A DNA stretch of 64,000 bases from Patescibacteria group bacterium (lineage in GTDB: Bacteria > Patescibacteriota > Patescibacteriia > GWA2-46-9). Location of the stretch: assembly GCA_041675205.1 (NCBI GenBank), contig JBAYUF010000001.1:84863-148862 (forward strand), in the 5' to 3' direction. Of the stretch, positions 49,892-64,000 are shown in pieces (the stretch's first letter is position 1; every line of letters begins with the position of its first letter). A program made the position numbers and the translations under genes. The notes beneath the pieces were generated by a model. The model made no database searches and was not told the DNA's origin. It saw nothing but the letters and a program-made list of their open reading frames with translations.

Positions 49892-51069
49892 AGACGTAGA
49901 CGAGAAATCCCGCCAAAAATAGTTTCAATAGTTAGCCACAGTCCGTCAGTGCTGACCGAGAGCTGCCGAACTGTTTCAATGGGAACATCTGGGCCAATCT
50001 GTTCACGGGTGCCAGTGGCAAGATCAATTGCAAAAAGGTTATCGCGGTAGCTATCAGCAATACTTGGCGAAAGCCCTGCCCCTTCGGGTAGTTCTGTTGG
50101 AACAGCGCAGACAACTTTTGTCTGGCTGGAGAAGGTGCATTTGTCGGCCCACGTTGTAACGCCAATGCTGTGCCTGTTAGCGCCAATAGCTTCACCACTG
50201 GCATCAACCAACCACACCGTCGGCCGGTAACCTGTTGCGGCAGACGAGACACTGTAGAGCAACCGTTGCCCATCTGGCGTCCATTTGGCTTGCATGCCGA
50301 CACCTGGAACAGTGAGTGATCGGTAGTTCTCTCCATTGAGGCCAATCAGGAAGATATCTTGCTGGTCAGCGGCAGACGGGGTGTGCTGATACCCAAGTAT
50401 GTCCCCTCGAGGGGACCACAGCACGTCAACTGAGGCAGCATTCCTACCGAGTGGTTCAATTGCTTTTGCGGCTGTGCCGTCGACATTTGCTGTGCCCAGC
50501 CAGTTATTATCTGGGTCGAGTGCCAAACTTTTGAAGGCGAGAGATTCACCAGTTTTGTTAAAAGAAAAATCTTCCCAGTGTTTTGGGAGGGTGTACTGCG
50601 TATCCGATTGAAAATCATAGACAATATTTGCGCCGTCCGGAAATTCAATAACTGCCTGCTCGCTCGTAGGTGACCAGGTAACATTTTCTGCGCCCAAAAA
50701 TGATTTTTCTCCAAGTTGTTTGATTGTTCCGTCTATAGCAACTTGCTGAAATTCGCCGCTTCTGGGTTGATAGAAGCGAACGTTACCAGTGTTGGCGGTG
50801 GTGCTAAATACTGAACCAGTTGTGGTAATTGCCGTTGGTGCTTCGACTGCTGTGCCGTCTGCGCCAATCAGTACAGTTCTGCCGTCGACAGTTGTTCTTG
50901 GTGCACCAGGTCGAGCCGTAGGCAGCGTGGCGGAGGGGGTGGGGGTGGGCGCACTAGGGGGCGTTGGTGTTTTTTTGAAAGCGATACTATAAAGGAGCGT
51001 TGCTATAAGAGCAACGAGCAGGAGGAAACCAGTGATGAGCAGTATTTTTCTAAGTGAAATATGTGGCAT
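49888..51069 (-). CDS. membrane-anchored beta-propeller protein with TolB/PD40-like repeats
   Basis: N-terminal TM segment and Pro/Thr-rich linker. Repeated WSP/WTPDGQRLLY-type motifs. Confidence 0.55.
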   Translation of the reverse strand: MPHISLRKILLITGFLLLVALIATLLYSIAFKKTPTPPSAPTPTPSATLPTARPGAPRTTVDGRTVLIGADGTAVEAPTAITTTGSVFSTTANTGNVRFYQPRSGEFQQVAIDGTIKQLGEKSFLGAENVTWSPTSEQAVIEFPDGANIVYDFQSDTQYTLPKHWEDFSFNKTGESLAFKSLALDPDNNWLGTANVDGTAAKAIEPLGRNAASVDVLWSPRGDILGYQHTPSAADQQDIFLIGLNGENYRSLTVPGVGMQAKWTPDGQRLLYSVSSAATGYRPTVWLVDASGEAIGANRHSIGVTTWADKCTFSSQTKVVCAVPTELPEGAGLSPSIADSYRDNLFAIDLATGTREQIGPDVPIETVRQLSVSTDGLWLTIETIFGGISRLRL

Positions 51070-51071
51070 AG

Positions 51072-53495
51072 CTAGGCGAGTCGCCAGCGATTGCCATGCT
51101 TCGTCAAAGCGAGGGTAAGCGGCTTCACGCCGCGTCGAGCGAGCAGCCGTTTGGCAAGCGCTTCCTCTACAGTACCACGGAGCACATGTTGAATGCTACG
51201 GGCGCCGTTGCCGTGCACTGTTGCGGCTGTTAAGAGGGCAGTGCGCGCGGCGTCAGGCACCAGCAGTGTTACGCCGCGCTCTGCTAAACGTTCGTTGAGT
51301 AAAGCAACCTCTCTCTCGAGTAACGTTGCGAGCTCGTCATTTGCAAGAGACGTTAAGGATAGTACAGCGTCAAAACGTTCGCGAAGCTCTCCAGGCAGGA
51401 GTTTGGCCGTAGCTTCGAGAATATCTTCACTAGCGGCTGTTGCGTTATGCGTACCAAAGCCCAGCGAACTGGCCTCCTTGGGGAGCGGGTTCATGGTGGC
51501 GACTATTATGGTTTGTCGAAAGCTGATGACTCGTCCCGCACCATCTCGGAGAGACCCTTCGCTTAGTATTTGTAGGAGCAATTGGTAGACATCCCTATGG
51601 GCACGGTTAAGTTCGTCAAAGAGGATGACGCGATACGGTCGCCGTCGTACAGCCTCCGTTAGTGCGCCGCTTTCCTTGTAGCCAACGTAGCCAGCTGGTG
51701 CGCCAATAAGTTTCGCGACCGTGTGTCCCTCGGTGTACTCACTCATATCAAAGCGAAGCAGGGCATCCTCGGATTGGAAAAGTGTTTGGGCCAACGCTTT
51801 CGCCAGCGTTGTTTTTCCGACGCCGGTAGGACCAGCCAGGAGAAACGAGGCCAGGGGACGATGCCTATCAGATAAACCTAACGACGAGCGGCGGATTGTT
51901 TCTGAAACGGTTCGTCGAACATGCTCATGACCAATAAAACGTTCACCAAGCGACGCTTCTAAATTATTGAGTCGGGCGTGCTCGTCGAGGGCGAGTTCAC
52001 GCACGGGTACACCTGTCCAGGCGGTGAGGATTTCGGCCACCGTCTTTGCCGTCACTGTTGGTAGGTCAGTTGAATCATCGGCCGCAAATGAGGCTTCAAG
52101 CTCCAGCCGACGAGCATGGTGGTCGCGTGCTTCGTCGCGCCAACGAATCGCTTCTTCAAATCGTTCCTGTGTTGTGGCCGTTTCTTTGCGTTTTGTGGCC
52201 GTTCGTTCAGCGGCGGTGACTTCTTGAATGCGACCAATGAGGGCTGGCGTTGCACTTTTTAGTGCTGCTCGAGCGGCTGCTTCATCAATAAGATCGATTG
52301 CCTTGTCAGGGAGAAACCGTTCTGGTAGGTAGCGTTCGCTAAAGCGGATGGCGGCGTCAATGGCTTCATCAGTAATACGAACACCATGGTGCATTTCATA
52401 GCGACGACGAAGTGCGTGGAGAATATCACGGGTCGCGCTTGGGGTTGGTTCAGACACGCGTACTGGTTGGAAGCGTCGTTCAAGCGCGCCATCAGATTCA
52501 ATATGCTGGCGATACTCTTCGAGAGTTGTGGCACCAATGCAGCGAAGTTCTCCACGAGCCAGCGCTGGTTTTAGAAGATTAGCCGCATCAATAGAGCCTG
52601 TGGCAGCGCCGGCGCCCACAATGGTGTGTAATTCGTCGATGAATATAATGATGTCTGTGTTGCGTTTCAGTTCGTCTAAGACCTGCCGTATGCGGTTTTC
52701 AAATTCACCTCTAAACATTGTACCCGCAATAAGTGAACCAACGTCGAGCGATACGATGCGCTTGCCTTTGAGTGCTGTGGGAACGTTCCCTTCGGCAATC
52801 CGTTTAGCGAGCCCTTCGACAATGGCAGTTTTACCTACGCCCGGATCGCCAAGGAGGACGGGGTTATTTTTTGTGCGACGAAGTAGTATTTGCATGACCC
52901 GTTCTATTTCTAGTTCACGGCCAATGACCGGGTCGATTGCCGCCGCTCGTTCAGGATTTGTTAAATGAGTACCAAACCCCTTAATGACGCTTGGTAACTC
53001 ATCAAGCTCGTCGCTTGTTGTCGCGGTATCAATAAAGGTTTCCGTTAGTTCGGTTAACTTTGCGTCACTCTTCATAACGAGCTCGAGTTGTTTTGCTAGC
53101 TCACGAGTATCCCAATGACTGTGGCGAAATAGTCGAAGCGCTTCCCCCGGACGGTCGAGGATGGCCTGTAGGAGATGTTCAGTTCCTATATACGTGTGCT
53201 GTGCACGGTAGGCAATGGCGGTTGCCCGCATCAGTGCTCGACGCGCATCAGCAGACAGGAGTGGCGTTGCGGTGCTTGTTGCTGTTGTTTGCTCAATTAA
53301 GAAGGAACGCAACGCTTCAATGTCGAGTTTTGCACTTGCTAGCAGCTCAGCTGACAGGGAACCACGAGTTTCTGCCAAGGCGAGGAGCAGGTGAATCGGC
53401 TCAACGGTTGCCTGCTTCGCTTCCCGTGCTAGCGTATTTGCTCGACGGAGCGCGAGAGAAAGGTAGCCGCTGAATTTTGTAGATTTAGTAGACAT
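51072..53495 (-). CDS. clpC: Clp/Hsp100 AAA+ ATPase (ClpC-like: two Clp_N repeats, two AAA modules, short middle domain)
   Basis: Walker A motifs [15 protein letters not shown] and [15 protein letters not shown]. 807 aa. Confidence 0.85.
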   Translation of the reverse strand: MSTKSTKFSGYLSLALRRANTLAREAKQATVEPIHLLLALAETRGSLSAELLASAKLDIEALRSFLIEQTTATSTATPLLSADARRALMRATAIAYRAQHTYIGTEHLLQAILDRPGEALRLFRHSHWDTRELAKQLELVMKSDAKLTELTETFIDTATTSDELDELPSVIKGFGTHLTNPERAAAIDPVIGRELEIERVMQILLRRTKNNPVLLGDPGVGKTAIVEGLAKRIAEGNVPTALKGKRIVSLDVGSLIAGTMFRGEFENRIRQVLDELKRNTDIIIFIDELHTIVGAGAATGSIDAANLLKPALARGELRCIGATTLEEYRQHIESDGALERRFQPVRVSEPTPSATRDILHALRRRYEMHHGVRITDEAIDAAIRFSERYLPERFLPDKAIDLIDEAAARAALKSATPALIGRIQEVTAAERTATKRKETATTQERFEEAIRWRDEARDHHARRLELEASFAADDSTDLPTVTAKTVAEILTAWTGVPVRELALDEHARLNNLEASLGERFIGHEHVRRTVSETIRRSSLGLSDRHRPLASFLLAGPTGVGKTTLAKALAQTLFQSEDALLRFDMSEYTEGHTVAKLIGAPAGYVGYKESGALTEAVRRRPYRVILFDELNRAHRDVYQLLLQILSEGSLRDGAGRVISFRQTIIVATMNPLPKEASSLGFGTHNATAASEDILEATAKLLPGELRERFDAVLSLTSLANDELATLLEREVALLNERLAERGVTLLVPDAARTALLTAATVHGNGARSIQHVLRGTVEEALAKRLLARRGVKPLTLALTKHGNRWRLA

Positions 53496-53497
53496 AC

Positions 53498-54385
53498 TTA
53501 TGCTCCGCCACCCATTGTCCGGAGCGCGGTAATCCGCTCTTCCAGGGGTGGGTGGGTAGAAAATAGAGAAGCGAGTCGTCGGGATGAGCGTGGGAAGGGG
53601 CTGGCAAAATAGAGTGAGGCTGTGGCGTTTGAGGCGCTCGTTGTCATTTGGTTAGCGTCAGCAATTTTTTCTAGCGCCGAAGCCAGCCCTTCAGGATAGC
53701 GACTGAGCAGCGCGCCATCAGCATCGGCTAGAAATTCACGGCGGCGTGAGATGGCCAGTTGTAATAATTTGGCAATAATCGGGCTTAGTACAGCCAGTGC
53801 CAATCCGACGATAATCAAAATTGGTGGGGTGTTCTTTGTGTCCCGATTCCTGCCAAAGAGGTGGGAGTGAATGAAGAAGTCTGAAGCGATAGCAATGAAG
53901 CCAACCAGTGTAATGGCCAGCATGAGATACCGCGTGTCGAAGTTTTTAATGTGAGAAAGTTCGTGTGCCAGGACACCTTCAAGCTCATTCTTGCTTAATG
54001 TCTGTCGGAGCCCTGCAGTAACCGCGATACTTGCGTGCGCTGGGTCACGACCAGTGGCAAATGCGTTCAGGGCGCTGTCTGGCAAGAGATACAATTTTGG
54101 CGTTGGTATACCGGCAGTAATGGCCAAGTTTTCAACTATGCGGTGTAGTTCAGGGTCTGCGTCGTAGGGCAGCGACACAGCACCGGATCCTGTAAGAGCG
54201 ATTTTATCACCCGCGAACCAGCTCGTGAGCGTACTGGTGAGTGCCAAGAAACCAGCCATGACTAACAGTGCTGGAGTGTTGCCACTAATCGTACCGAAGA
54301 CGTAGCCAATAAGAAGCACCAAAGCAACTACCGCACTGATCAGCAGTATAGACCGTCGTTTATTCGCAACAATTTGTTGATACAT
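53498..54385 (-). CDS. htpX: M48 zinc metalloprotease HtpX
   Basis: HEXXH motif AHELSHIKN. Multiple TM segments. 295 aa. Confidence 0.85.
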   Translation of the reverse strand: MYQQIVANKRRSILLISAVVALVLLIGYVFGTISGNTPALLVMAGFLALTSTLTSWFAGDKIALTGSGAVSLPYDADPELHRIVENLAITAGIPTPKLYLLPDSALNAFATGRDPAHASIAVTAGLRQTLSKNELEGVLAHELSHIKNFDTRYLMLAITLVGFIAIASDFFIHSHLFGRNRDTKNTPPILIIVGLALAVLSPIIAKLLQLAISRRREFLADADGALLSRYPEGLASALEKIADANQMTTSASNATASLYFASPFPRSSRRLASLFSTHPPLEERITALRTMGGGA

Positions 54386-54942
54386 TAGGTAAAGGAAACA
54401 GCAACAGGTTCACGACTGGCCGTTGCATCAAGCTCAAAGAACTCTGCTTGGTGGAAACCAAGTGGGCCAGCAATGAGGTTGGTCGGGAAGACAGTTTGTT
54501 TAATGTTGTAGTCTCGCACCAGTCCGTTATAGAACCGTCGGGCAGCTTGTACTTTGTTTTCTGTATCAGCCAGTTCACGCTGCAGCTCAACAAAATTGGT
54601 GGATGCTTTGAGGTCTGGGTAGCTTTCTGCGACCGCAAATAAGCCACTGAGACTGTTTCCGAGTGCCGCTTCTGCTATGCCTCGTTCCGCCATGGTGGCG
54701 GCTTGCAGGGCAGCTGCTCGGGCCGCGGTTACTTTTTCTAATGTACCAGCTTCATGCGCCTTGTACCCCTTAACGGTTTCGACAAGATTTGGAATAAGGT
54801 CAGAGCGTCGTTTCAGTTGGATATCGATATCCGCCCAGGCCTCAGTCACGTGGGTGCGGGCACGAATCAATCCATTGTAAAAAGAAATGATTCCTAAAAT
54901 AATGACGACAGCAATAATGGCAAAAATACTTAGTGGTGTCAT
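54385..54942 (-). CDS. lemA: LemA family protein
   Basis: N-terminal TM segment and LemA-type conserved region (NGLIRARTHVTEAWADIDIQLKRRSDLIPNLVETVKGY). The lemA-htpX pairing is common. Confidence 0.8.
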   Translation of the reverse strand: MTPLSIFAIIAVVIILGIISFYNGLIRARTHVTEAWADIDIQLKRRSDLIPNLVETVKGYKAHEAGTLEKVTAARAAALQAATMAERGIAEAALGNSLSGLFAVAESYPDLKASTNFVELQRELADTENKVQAARRFYNGLVRDYNIKQTVFPTNLIAGPLGFHQAEFFELDATASREPVAVSFT

Positions 54943-55093
54943 AGGAATTTTCTTGTAATGTGTGGTATAATAAATTTTGAGCGAACCATATTTTCAATCA
55001 TTTTCTTTTGCAATCGTACCGAAAAAACAAGCAAACGTCAACGTTTGCGGAATTTATTTCTCGCCCTGTTGTTCGGGGTATGTATACAAACGC

Positions 55094-56107
55094 ATGCGGC
55101 CTACGAGTTATCTTGGATTAGATATTGGCTCAACGAGTATAAAGCTCGTTGAGTTGCGAGCCACCGCTGGCGTGCCTGAGCTAGCAACCTACGGCATGGT
55201 GACCGTACCAACGCTTCCAGCTGCTCGTCAGTATGATACGGGTCAGTTGGCTGCCACTGTAGCCACGTTACTGAAACAAAGCCGAGCAACAGCTCGGGGA
55301 GTGTACAGTGCCTTACCAACAGAATCAGTCTTTACCTCAATCATTACTGTACCGCAGGGGAATGCGAAAGCTGTGGCAGCGGCAGTTCACACGGAAGCCG
55401 CGAAACTGCTTCCTCGGCCAATTGACGAGATGGTGCTTGATCCACAACAACTTAGCGTGAGCGCTGATAAACACTCCGTTCGTATACTGCTCGTGGCGGC
55501 TCCACGCGAGTTGGTTGAGCGATACGATACTATTTGTCGATTGGCCGGAATTGAATTGCTTGGTCTGGAAGTCGAGAGCTTTGCTATGGTGCGTTCCTTG
55601 GTTGGTAAAGACCCTGCTTCGGTAGCGATTGTAGACTTTGGTGCGACAACAACAGACATCATCGTTGTGGCCAATGGGGTGCCAGTTCTTTCTCGCAGTG
55701 TACGCATTGGTGGCCGAGACTTAACTAGTGCGCTGCAGTCGGTGCTGGGCGTTGACGTTGCGCTAGCCGAACAAGCAAAGCGAGATGCTGGTTTGGCTGC
55801 CGGAAACGTTGGTTTGGCTGGTGTCTATAAAAAAACAATTGAACCCGTAGTCCACGAGTTGCGTTACACGCTTGATACCTATTTCGAGCAATCCCAGCGA
55901 CGGGTTGAGAAGATAATTCTCACTGGCGGCTCGTCATTACTGGTTGGGCTTCCTGAATACATTTTTCAAGAGACGGGGTTGCGCACGTTTGTTGGTAATC
56001 CATGGTCTCGGGTTCGCTATCCATTAGAACTTGAGAAGGTGCTGTCAGAAACAGCCGGACAGTTTAGCGTGGCGATTGGTCTGGCGCTCCGACCATTTAA
56101 ATCATAA
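55094..56107 (+). CDS. pilM: type IV pilus assembly ATPase-like protein PilM
   Basis: Actin-like fold start YLGLDIGSTSIKLVEL. ~338 aa from the chosen ATG; the track start 54977 is probably too early. Confidence 0.75.
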   Translation: MRPTSYLGLDIGSTSIKLVELRATAGVPELATYGMVTVPTLPAARQYDTGQLAATVATLLKQSRATARGVYSALPTESVFTSIITVPQGNAKAVAAAVHTEAAKLLPRPIDEMVLDPQQLSVSADKHSVRILLVAAPRELVERYDTICRLAGIELLGLEVESFAMVRSLVGKDPASVAIVDFGATTTDIIVVANGVPVLSRSVRIGGRDLTSALQSVLGVDVALAEQAKRDAGLAAGNVGLAGVYKKTIEPVVHELRYTLDTYFEQSQRRVEKIILTGGSSLLVGLPEYIFQETGLRTFVGNPWSRVRYPLELEKVLSETAGQFSVAIGLALRPFKS

Positions 56108-56113
56108 CGAACT

Positions 56114-57052
56114 ATGGATGTTAATTTCCTGTCTTCTGAACGTCGTAAACGGGAAGTTGAAGAACGTGAACGTTTAGCAAAACAGCTATTGCCAGCTGAA
56201 CTACATGAAGCCGAGGGGCTGTCGAATTCGCCACAATTAAAAACGGTGCGAGCAGTACCGACGAAGACCGAAGCAGAGCCGGCTAAAATTGAATTGAGTG
56301 AAGTCGTGCAGCCAGTTATACCAACGGTGATGCATCCTGCAGCGGTGGCAAGCACCATCAGCATGCATGAGCCTGAGACGCAGCAGGCGAAGCCAGCAGT
56401 AGACCGGTCGATTTCCGTTCCGCCGCCTGTGGCGAAAAAAAATAGTGCTCCACACAGTGCAACAGTCGAGATGGTGCGAGGGCCAGAGGCAAAAAAACAT
56501 AAAACAGGAATGACACGAACCGCCGGAAGGCTCGTCGAATACGCCGCTTTACTTAGTATCGTTGTCGTTGTGTTTGTAAGCGGGGTAGCCATTGGCGTGT
56601 CTATGCGTCGTTCACCAGCACCGGTTGCTCCCGTGGTGTCAGGTATTTCGCTCATAGAACACGAAGCAGCCATGGCCTCGGCTCGAGATGTGCTTCGTCT
56701 CGCGCACGTTGCTTTGATTCAAGAGTCGCTTGATGAATATTGGCGTCAAAATGAAGCTCGCTTTCCAAGCGGCGTTGAAATTGTGCTGGGGACCGACACA
56801 ACGCAGTGCCTGGGTGCGGCCGGTTGGATTAGTAGAGATAGTTGTATTCTTCCAGTTAATCCTTCGGACAATAGAATATATTTGAGTGCCATGCCGCGTG
56901 ATCCGGGTACTGGTACCTACCGGTACACGGTGCTCGAAGCCGGCCGGGCCTATCGACTTGAATTTACGCTTGAAACAGATGCGCCGGGGTTTAAGGCCGG
57001 TCCACAGCAGCGGACGGGCGGCGCTGTGCCAGCAGCGGAAGTTGCGTCATAG
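56114..57052 (+). CDS. bitopic membrane protein downstream of pilM, PilN/PilO-like (atypical: ~135-aa cytoplasmic N-region before the TM)
   Basis: Position after pilM. N-terminus MDVNFLSSERRKRE loosely resembles the PilN INLLP start. Single TM LVEYAALLSIVVVVFVSGVAIGV. Confidence 0.35.
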   Translation: MDVNFLSSERRKREVEERERLAKQLLPAELHEAEGLSNSPQLKTVRAVPTKTEAEPAKIELSEVVQPVIPTVMHPAAVASTISMHEPETQQAKPAVDRSISVPPPVAKKNSAPHSATVEMVRGPEAKKHKTGMTRTAGRLVEYAALLSIVVVVFVSGVAIGVSMRRSPAPVAPVVSGISLIEHEAAMASARDVLRLAHVALIQESLDEYWRQNEARFPSGVEIVLGTDTTQCLGAAGWISRDSCILPVNPSDNRIYLSAMPRDPGTGTYRYTVLEAGRAYRLEFTLETDAPGFKAGPQQRTGGAVPAAEVAS

Positions 57053-57054
57053 CC

Positions 57055-57447
57055 ATGCCAGGGAACGAGCAACAGGCGAAGGTGTTATTAGTTGAGGATG
57101 ATGTAGGAATTTCTGAAATGTATGCGACGGCACTCCGTATGGCTGGGTACACTGTGCAGACAGCCCTTGACGGAGCAGCCGGACTTGTTGCCGCGATCAC
57201 CGAACCACCCGACGTTGTACTTCTTGACATCATTTTGCCAGAGCTCGATGGGTTTGATGTGCTGCAGCGACTAAAGGGAAACAGTAAGACAGCACAGATT
57301 CCCGTTCTCCTTTTGTCTAATCTCAGCCAACCAGAGCAGGTGGAGCGGGGTAAAGTACTTGGCGCTGTGGATTATTTTGTAAAAGCGAACCACATTCCAG
57401 CAGATATCGTTCGTCGACTGGGTGAATTGTTGCCTGGTCGTTTGTAA
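57055..57447 (+). CDS. single-domain response regulator (CheY-like receiver), no output domain, no kinase adjacent
   Basis: Receiver motifs LLVEDD, LLDIILP (phospho-Asp site), S…K. 130 aa. Confidence 0.8.
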   Translation: MPGNEQQAKVLLVEDDVGISEMYATALRMAGYTVQTALDGAAGLVAAITEPPDVVLLDIILPELDGFDVLQRLKGNSKTAQIPVLLLSNLSQPEQVERGKVLGAVDYFVKANHIPADIVRRLGELLPGRL

Positions 57448-57552
57448 ACCGTTGCGAAGAAGTTGTATGACTGGTAAACTACTCTCGTGCATTTACGCAC
57501 TTGTGCATAGTGATATGATTCAAAATTTTCAACTGAAAGGGGGTGAACACGC

Positions 57553-57981
57553 ATGACGATAGTTCGAAAAGGTTTCACCTTAATTGAGCTGTTGGTGGTC
57601 ATCGCCATTATTGCGTTGCTTTCGACCCTCGCAGTAGTTGCTTTGAACAACGCTCGACAGAAATCACGGGACGCCAAGCGCGTTGCAGACGTGAAGCAAG
57701 TACAGACGGCATTGGAGCTTTACTTCGCTGATCAGAACGCTTACCCAATCGCAACAGTTACGCTCGGTGGTGCATCGGCCACTTGTCTCTCTTCTGGAGG
57801 CGGCATCAGTGGTTCTTGCTCTGGTACGACTTACATGGGTCAAGTTCCATCAGCGCCAACTGGTACGTATGATTACGATTCTACGGCTGGCACTGACTAC
57901 ACTATTGACTTCACCCTCGAAGGTCAGACCGGCAGTCTCGCTTCCGGTTCGCATACTGCTAACCCAAGCGGCATCCAATAG
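57553..57981 (+). CDS. pilA: type IV pilin (class III signal peptide, prepilin-type N-terminal methylation domain)
   Basis: MTIVRKG|[21 protein letters not shown] leader with conserved Glu. 142 aa with C-terminal Cys residues. A strong terminator follows. Confidence 0.85.
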   Translation: MTIVRKGFTLIELLVVIAIIALLSTLAVVALNNARQKSRDAKRVADVKQVQTALELYFADQNAYPIATVTLGGASATCLSSGGGISGSCSGTTYMGQVPSAPTGTYDYDSTAGTDYTIDFTLEGQTGSLASGSHTANPSGIQ

Positions 57982-58007
57982 TTTTCGATTCACTATTTCG
58001 TTTTCAT

Positions 58008-58044
58008 AAAGTACACCCCAGAACTTCTGGGGTGTACTTTATTC
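58008..58044 (+). terminator. Rho-independent terminator after the pilin gene
   Basis: aaagtacaccccag-aact-tctggggtgtacttt followed by att. Confidence 0.7.
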
Positions 58045-58057
58045 GTCGTAACTGTTT

Positions 58058-59697
58058 GTGACTGCTAGAATACGATGTATGAGCATAGTACTCGTCAAGG
58101 TGCGGCAGTACGCCATTCGTCATACGTCGAGCATATTTCTTGCTGGCGTCGTCATTCTCGGTGGGGTGCTGCGCGCTATACATCTTGGCACCGAGCCTTT
58201 TTGGGGTGACGAAGCCTTGAGTTTTGATATCGCAACTAATTTTTCAAGTGCCGCTGCGTTAATCGACTACCTCAAGTTAGTTGAAGTGCATCCGCCGTTG
58301 TACTACTTGCTTTTGCAATGGTGGACGGTTTTCGGTGAGGGCGAATTCATTGCTCGGTTACCCTCGTTTATTGCTGGCCTCGGTGTTGTTCTCGCCACGT
58401 ATGGTGTGACGCATTCTTTTTTTAAATCCCGCACAGCGGCAATTGTAGCGGCCTTGATTACTGCGCTCCTTCCTTCACAAATTGAATTTAGCCAAGAGGC
58501 AAGGCCTTACGCACTTTTTACGTTAATCGGTTTAATCACCCTCTGGTGTTACTCCCGGTATCGGCGGTCGGGGAATCGGTATTTTTTGGTTGGTTATGGT
58601 GCCGCGATGCTCGCTGGCCTGTATGTACACTACTCGTTTTTATTCTTTGCGGCTTCTCTGGCTGTGGTGTGGCTCTTTGACGCCGCGTATCCAGAATCCA
58701 GCATTGAAAAGCGGCGCAATTGGTTTCTGGCTTGGTTTTATACGCACGTCGCAATTGCACTTGGGTTCATGCCGTGGCTGAGTACTGTATTTTATAAATT
58801 GTTTCTTGGGGAGTATGAACTATGGGGCGTCGCCAGAAGCATTGGTAATGGCGTACGCTCAGTTAGTTTTCCGAGCGTCGTTAGTGACCAGCTGCTGTGG
58901 CTAAATGATTTTACAAAAGTGGCGCCGGTCGTTACCTTCGCTGTGTTCTTCTGGAAGCTTGTTTTTCTTTTGTGCCTTGCGTACACCGTGCGTAATCTGT
59001 GGCGTCGTGGCGAATTACCAGAAAGTCGAGGGGCAGTGCTTTTGTTGGCCGTCGCCGTATTGTCGCTTACCGGTTTTCTATTTTCACCCCAGTCCATCAG
59101 TTACACGCCCAAGTTGCAGGAGCACATACTCATCAATAGTGTTCTCTTTGCAATGCTCATTGGGTATGCACTGTCGCTTATGGCCGTGAAATTGCGATTG
59201 CTCTGTCTTGCTTTGTTTATCATTAGTACGGTGCCGTTCACTGTGCAAGTCGTCGGGAACGACGAGGTGTGGGATACCCATCATCGCCTGCGGATAGTCG
59301 CCAATTTTATCAACGAATCGTTTCAACCAGGAGACGTCGTTATCACTGAGTCTGCTTTTCTGCGCACTGATATAAATCATTATCTGCGCACCGACATCGA
59401 AACGCATTCCATTTTACCCATTGGCTACTTTGGTAATGATTTGGGACAATCCCGACAGACGCTTGGGTTAGTAGAAAACGAGTCTCAATTTCGTATTTTT
59501 CGTCCGACCAACGCTGCGGTAGTTGGTCAGCTTGAACAGGTATTGGAGCGTGAGCAGGCAAAGCGTGTTTGGTTGGTATTTTTTATCGACCCGAGCACAC
59601 TTACGGTCTGGCTAGAAGCTAATGGCTGGCGGGCTAGCTTTCTTTCCCCAAGTTCGAGCTTGTTACCAGTGAACATGTATACGAAGCGTACACAGTT

Positions 59698-59701
<4 letters not shown>
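58058..59701 (+). CDS. GT-C superfamily glycosyltransferase (ArnT/PMT-like, polytopic)
   Basis: ~12 TM segments. An N-terminal first-loop (D/E)E-containing region typical of GT83/GT39. 547 aa. Overlaps pilD (ATGA). Confidence 0.5.
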
Positions 59702-62480
<2,779 letters not shown>

Positions 62481-62501
62481 TTGCGTACCATTGGGACTCA
62501 T

Positions 62502-62795
62502 ATGGCATTAACGAAAGAGGACGTCATTCATATTGCAACGCTCGCTAGGCTTGACTTAAGTGAAGCCGAAATCGACAGCATACAAGGTGAGCTGTCTAAA
62601 ATTATTGCCTACATTGATGAGCTGCAAGAAGTTGTTGTCACGGGTGTCGAAGAAACAGCGCAGGTAACGGGGCTAACGAATCGTTTGGCAGCAGACGTCG
62701 CCAGCCCATCAGACACAGCAACCCGCCAGCTCCTCCTTGAGGCTTTTCCTCTGCGCGAAGGGGACTACCTCAAAGTGAAGGCAGTGTTTGAATAG
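62502..62795 (+). CDS. gatC: Asp/Glu-tRNA amidotransferase subunit C
   Basis: MALTKEDVIHIATLARLDLSEAEI… ~97 aa. Directly upstream of gatA. Confidence 0.8.
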   Translation: MALTKEDVIHIATLARLDLSEAEIDSIQGELSKIIAYIDELQEVVVTGVEETAQVTGLTNRLAADVASPSDTATRQLLLEAFPLREGDYLKVKAVFE

Positions 62796-62806
62796 TATGG
62801 CGAAAC

Positions 62807-64000
62807 TGCATGAATTAACGCTGGTTGAAACAGTGGCTGGTTTATCGGCTGCTGAGTTTAGTGCTGTAGACGTTACGAAAGCATATCTCGATCGCATTGA
62901 TGCCTTGAATCCAACACTGAACGCCTATCTTACTGTGGCGCATGAATCTGCCTTGGCTGCAGCTGAGGATGCCGACAAGAAACGCGGAGAAGGAGAGAGC
63001 GCGCCACTTCTAGGCGTTCCGATTGCTGTTAAAGACGTCATTATGACGCTTGGCATGCGCACCACGGCCGCTTCAAAAATGCTGGAGCACTACCAATCGT
63101 CGTTTGATGCGACAGCAGTGAAGCGATTGCGTGCGGCGGGTGCTGTTATTTTGGGTAAGACCAATCTTGATGAATTTGCTCACGGTGCTTCTACTGAGAA
63201 TTCTGCGTATGGCCCAACCAAGAATCCTTGGGACACCTCACGCGTACCTGGTGGCTCTTCGGGCGGTTCAGCTGCGGCGGTAGCAGCTGATTTATGCGCC
63301 GCCGCCATTGGAACGGACACCGGTGGTTCTATTCGGCATCCTGCAAGTTTTTGTGGTGTGCTTGGTATGAAACCAAGCTATGGGAGAGTTTCGCGTTCCG
63401 GTCTTCTTTCTATGACGTCTTCCACTGACGTCATAGGTCCCATGACGAAAACGGTTCTGGACGCCGCGCATATGCTTGAAAGTATGGCCGGCGGGGACGA
63501 TGCTGACCAAACGACTTCACCGGAGGCGGTCTTAGGTGGCACGTACACTACAGCCATTACTGCGTTGCAAGATTTACGAGGCAAAAAGATTGGCGTACCA
63601 AGAGATTTTATTGCGACCGGTATGCTGCCAGCAGTGGCTGAACGGTTCGAGCAAGCACTGGCGGCTGCGAAAGTATTAGGCGCAGAAATAGTTGATATAC
63701 AATTACCAACCGCACGGTACGGTATTGCCGCATATTACGTTATTACACCCTGCGAAGTGAGTTCTAACCTGGCTCGATTCGATGGCATTCGCTATGGACA
63801 CCAAAGTAAGGCTGCTGACTCGCTTTTTGGAGTGTATGCAAAATCACGTGGTGAAGGTCTTGGGCCAGAGGTGAAACGACGGGTTATGCTTGGTACCTAT
63901 GCCCTGTCGGCTGGGTACTATGACGCATACTATAAAACTGCCCAGAAGGTGCGCACCGTCATTGTTCGAGAATTGGAGGCAGCGCTTACGCAGTGTGATT
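62807..64000 (+). CDS. gatA: Asp/Glu-tRNA amidotransferase subunit A, 5' portion (runs off the window end)
   Basis: Amidase signature GGSSGGSAAAVA and the Ser-cisSer-Lys region. ATG at 62807, frame open to 64000. This ORF is not in the supplied track. Confidence 0.85.

Noticed and set aside
54977-55093. Upstream extension of pilM (track start 54977)
   Set aside because: The extension is Cys- and Phe-rich nonsense preceding the conserved PilM start (YLGLDIGSTSIKLVEL), and it would overlap the divergent lemA promoter region.

Overview
A 64-kb chromosomal segment read with the standard genetic code. Several traits are consistent with a small-genome CPR/Patescibacteria-type bacterium. The 16S gene carries a GTGCCAGCAGCAGCGG variant of the universal 515F primer site. 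It is not followed by a 23S gene and has its own flanking processing stem and terminator. tRNA-Ile(GAT) sits about 2 kb away on the other strand. Many tiny ORFs carry perfect SD sequences.

Housekeeping content: trmD, 16S rRNA, parB, rnj, secG, an Opp-like SBP, uvrA, leuS, tsaC, rsmA, recG, radA, a ClpC-like AAA+ ATPase, htpX, lemA, ligA, gatC and gatA. There are eight tRNAs: Ile-GAT, Phe-GAA, Pro-TGG, Leu-CAA, Leu-CAG, Ser-TGA, Ser-GCT and Arg-GCG.

Accessory content:
(1) A tightly packed 18-kb, 11-gene plus-strand operon (21.8-40.2 kb). It encodes an 8.5-kb gene for a 2,821-aa Cys-rich secreted giant protein, followed by a minimal Gram-positive-type type IV secretion-like apparatus. That apparatus comprises a small TM protein, a VirB6-like polytopic protein of about 1,030 aa, a VirB3/TcpE-like protein, a VirB4 ATPase that appears split into two overlapping ORFs, and a bitopic VirB8-like protein. 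The operon ends with a translationally coupled ComFC. No relaxase, VirD4 or integrase is present in the window.
(2) Two dispersed paralogous modules, each a membrane-anchored DsbA-like oxidoreductase directly upstream of a VirB2/TrbC-like two-helix pilin domain fused to a Cys-rich extracytoplasmic domain.
(3) A type IV pilus set: pilM, a pilN-like gene, an orphan receiver, a pilin, a GT-C glycosyltransferase and pilD.
(4) Unusual repeat architecture around the long-arm tRNAs Leu-CAA and Ser-GCT. This includes degenerate copies of tRNA 3' ends, a shared element of about 55 bp, duplicated terminator hairpins and a MITE-like insertion. An AT-rich islet lies next to tRNA-Ser(TGA).
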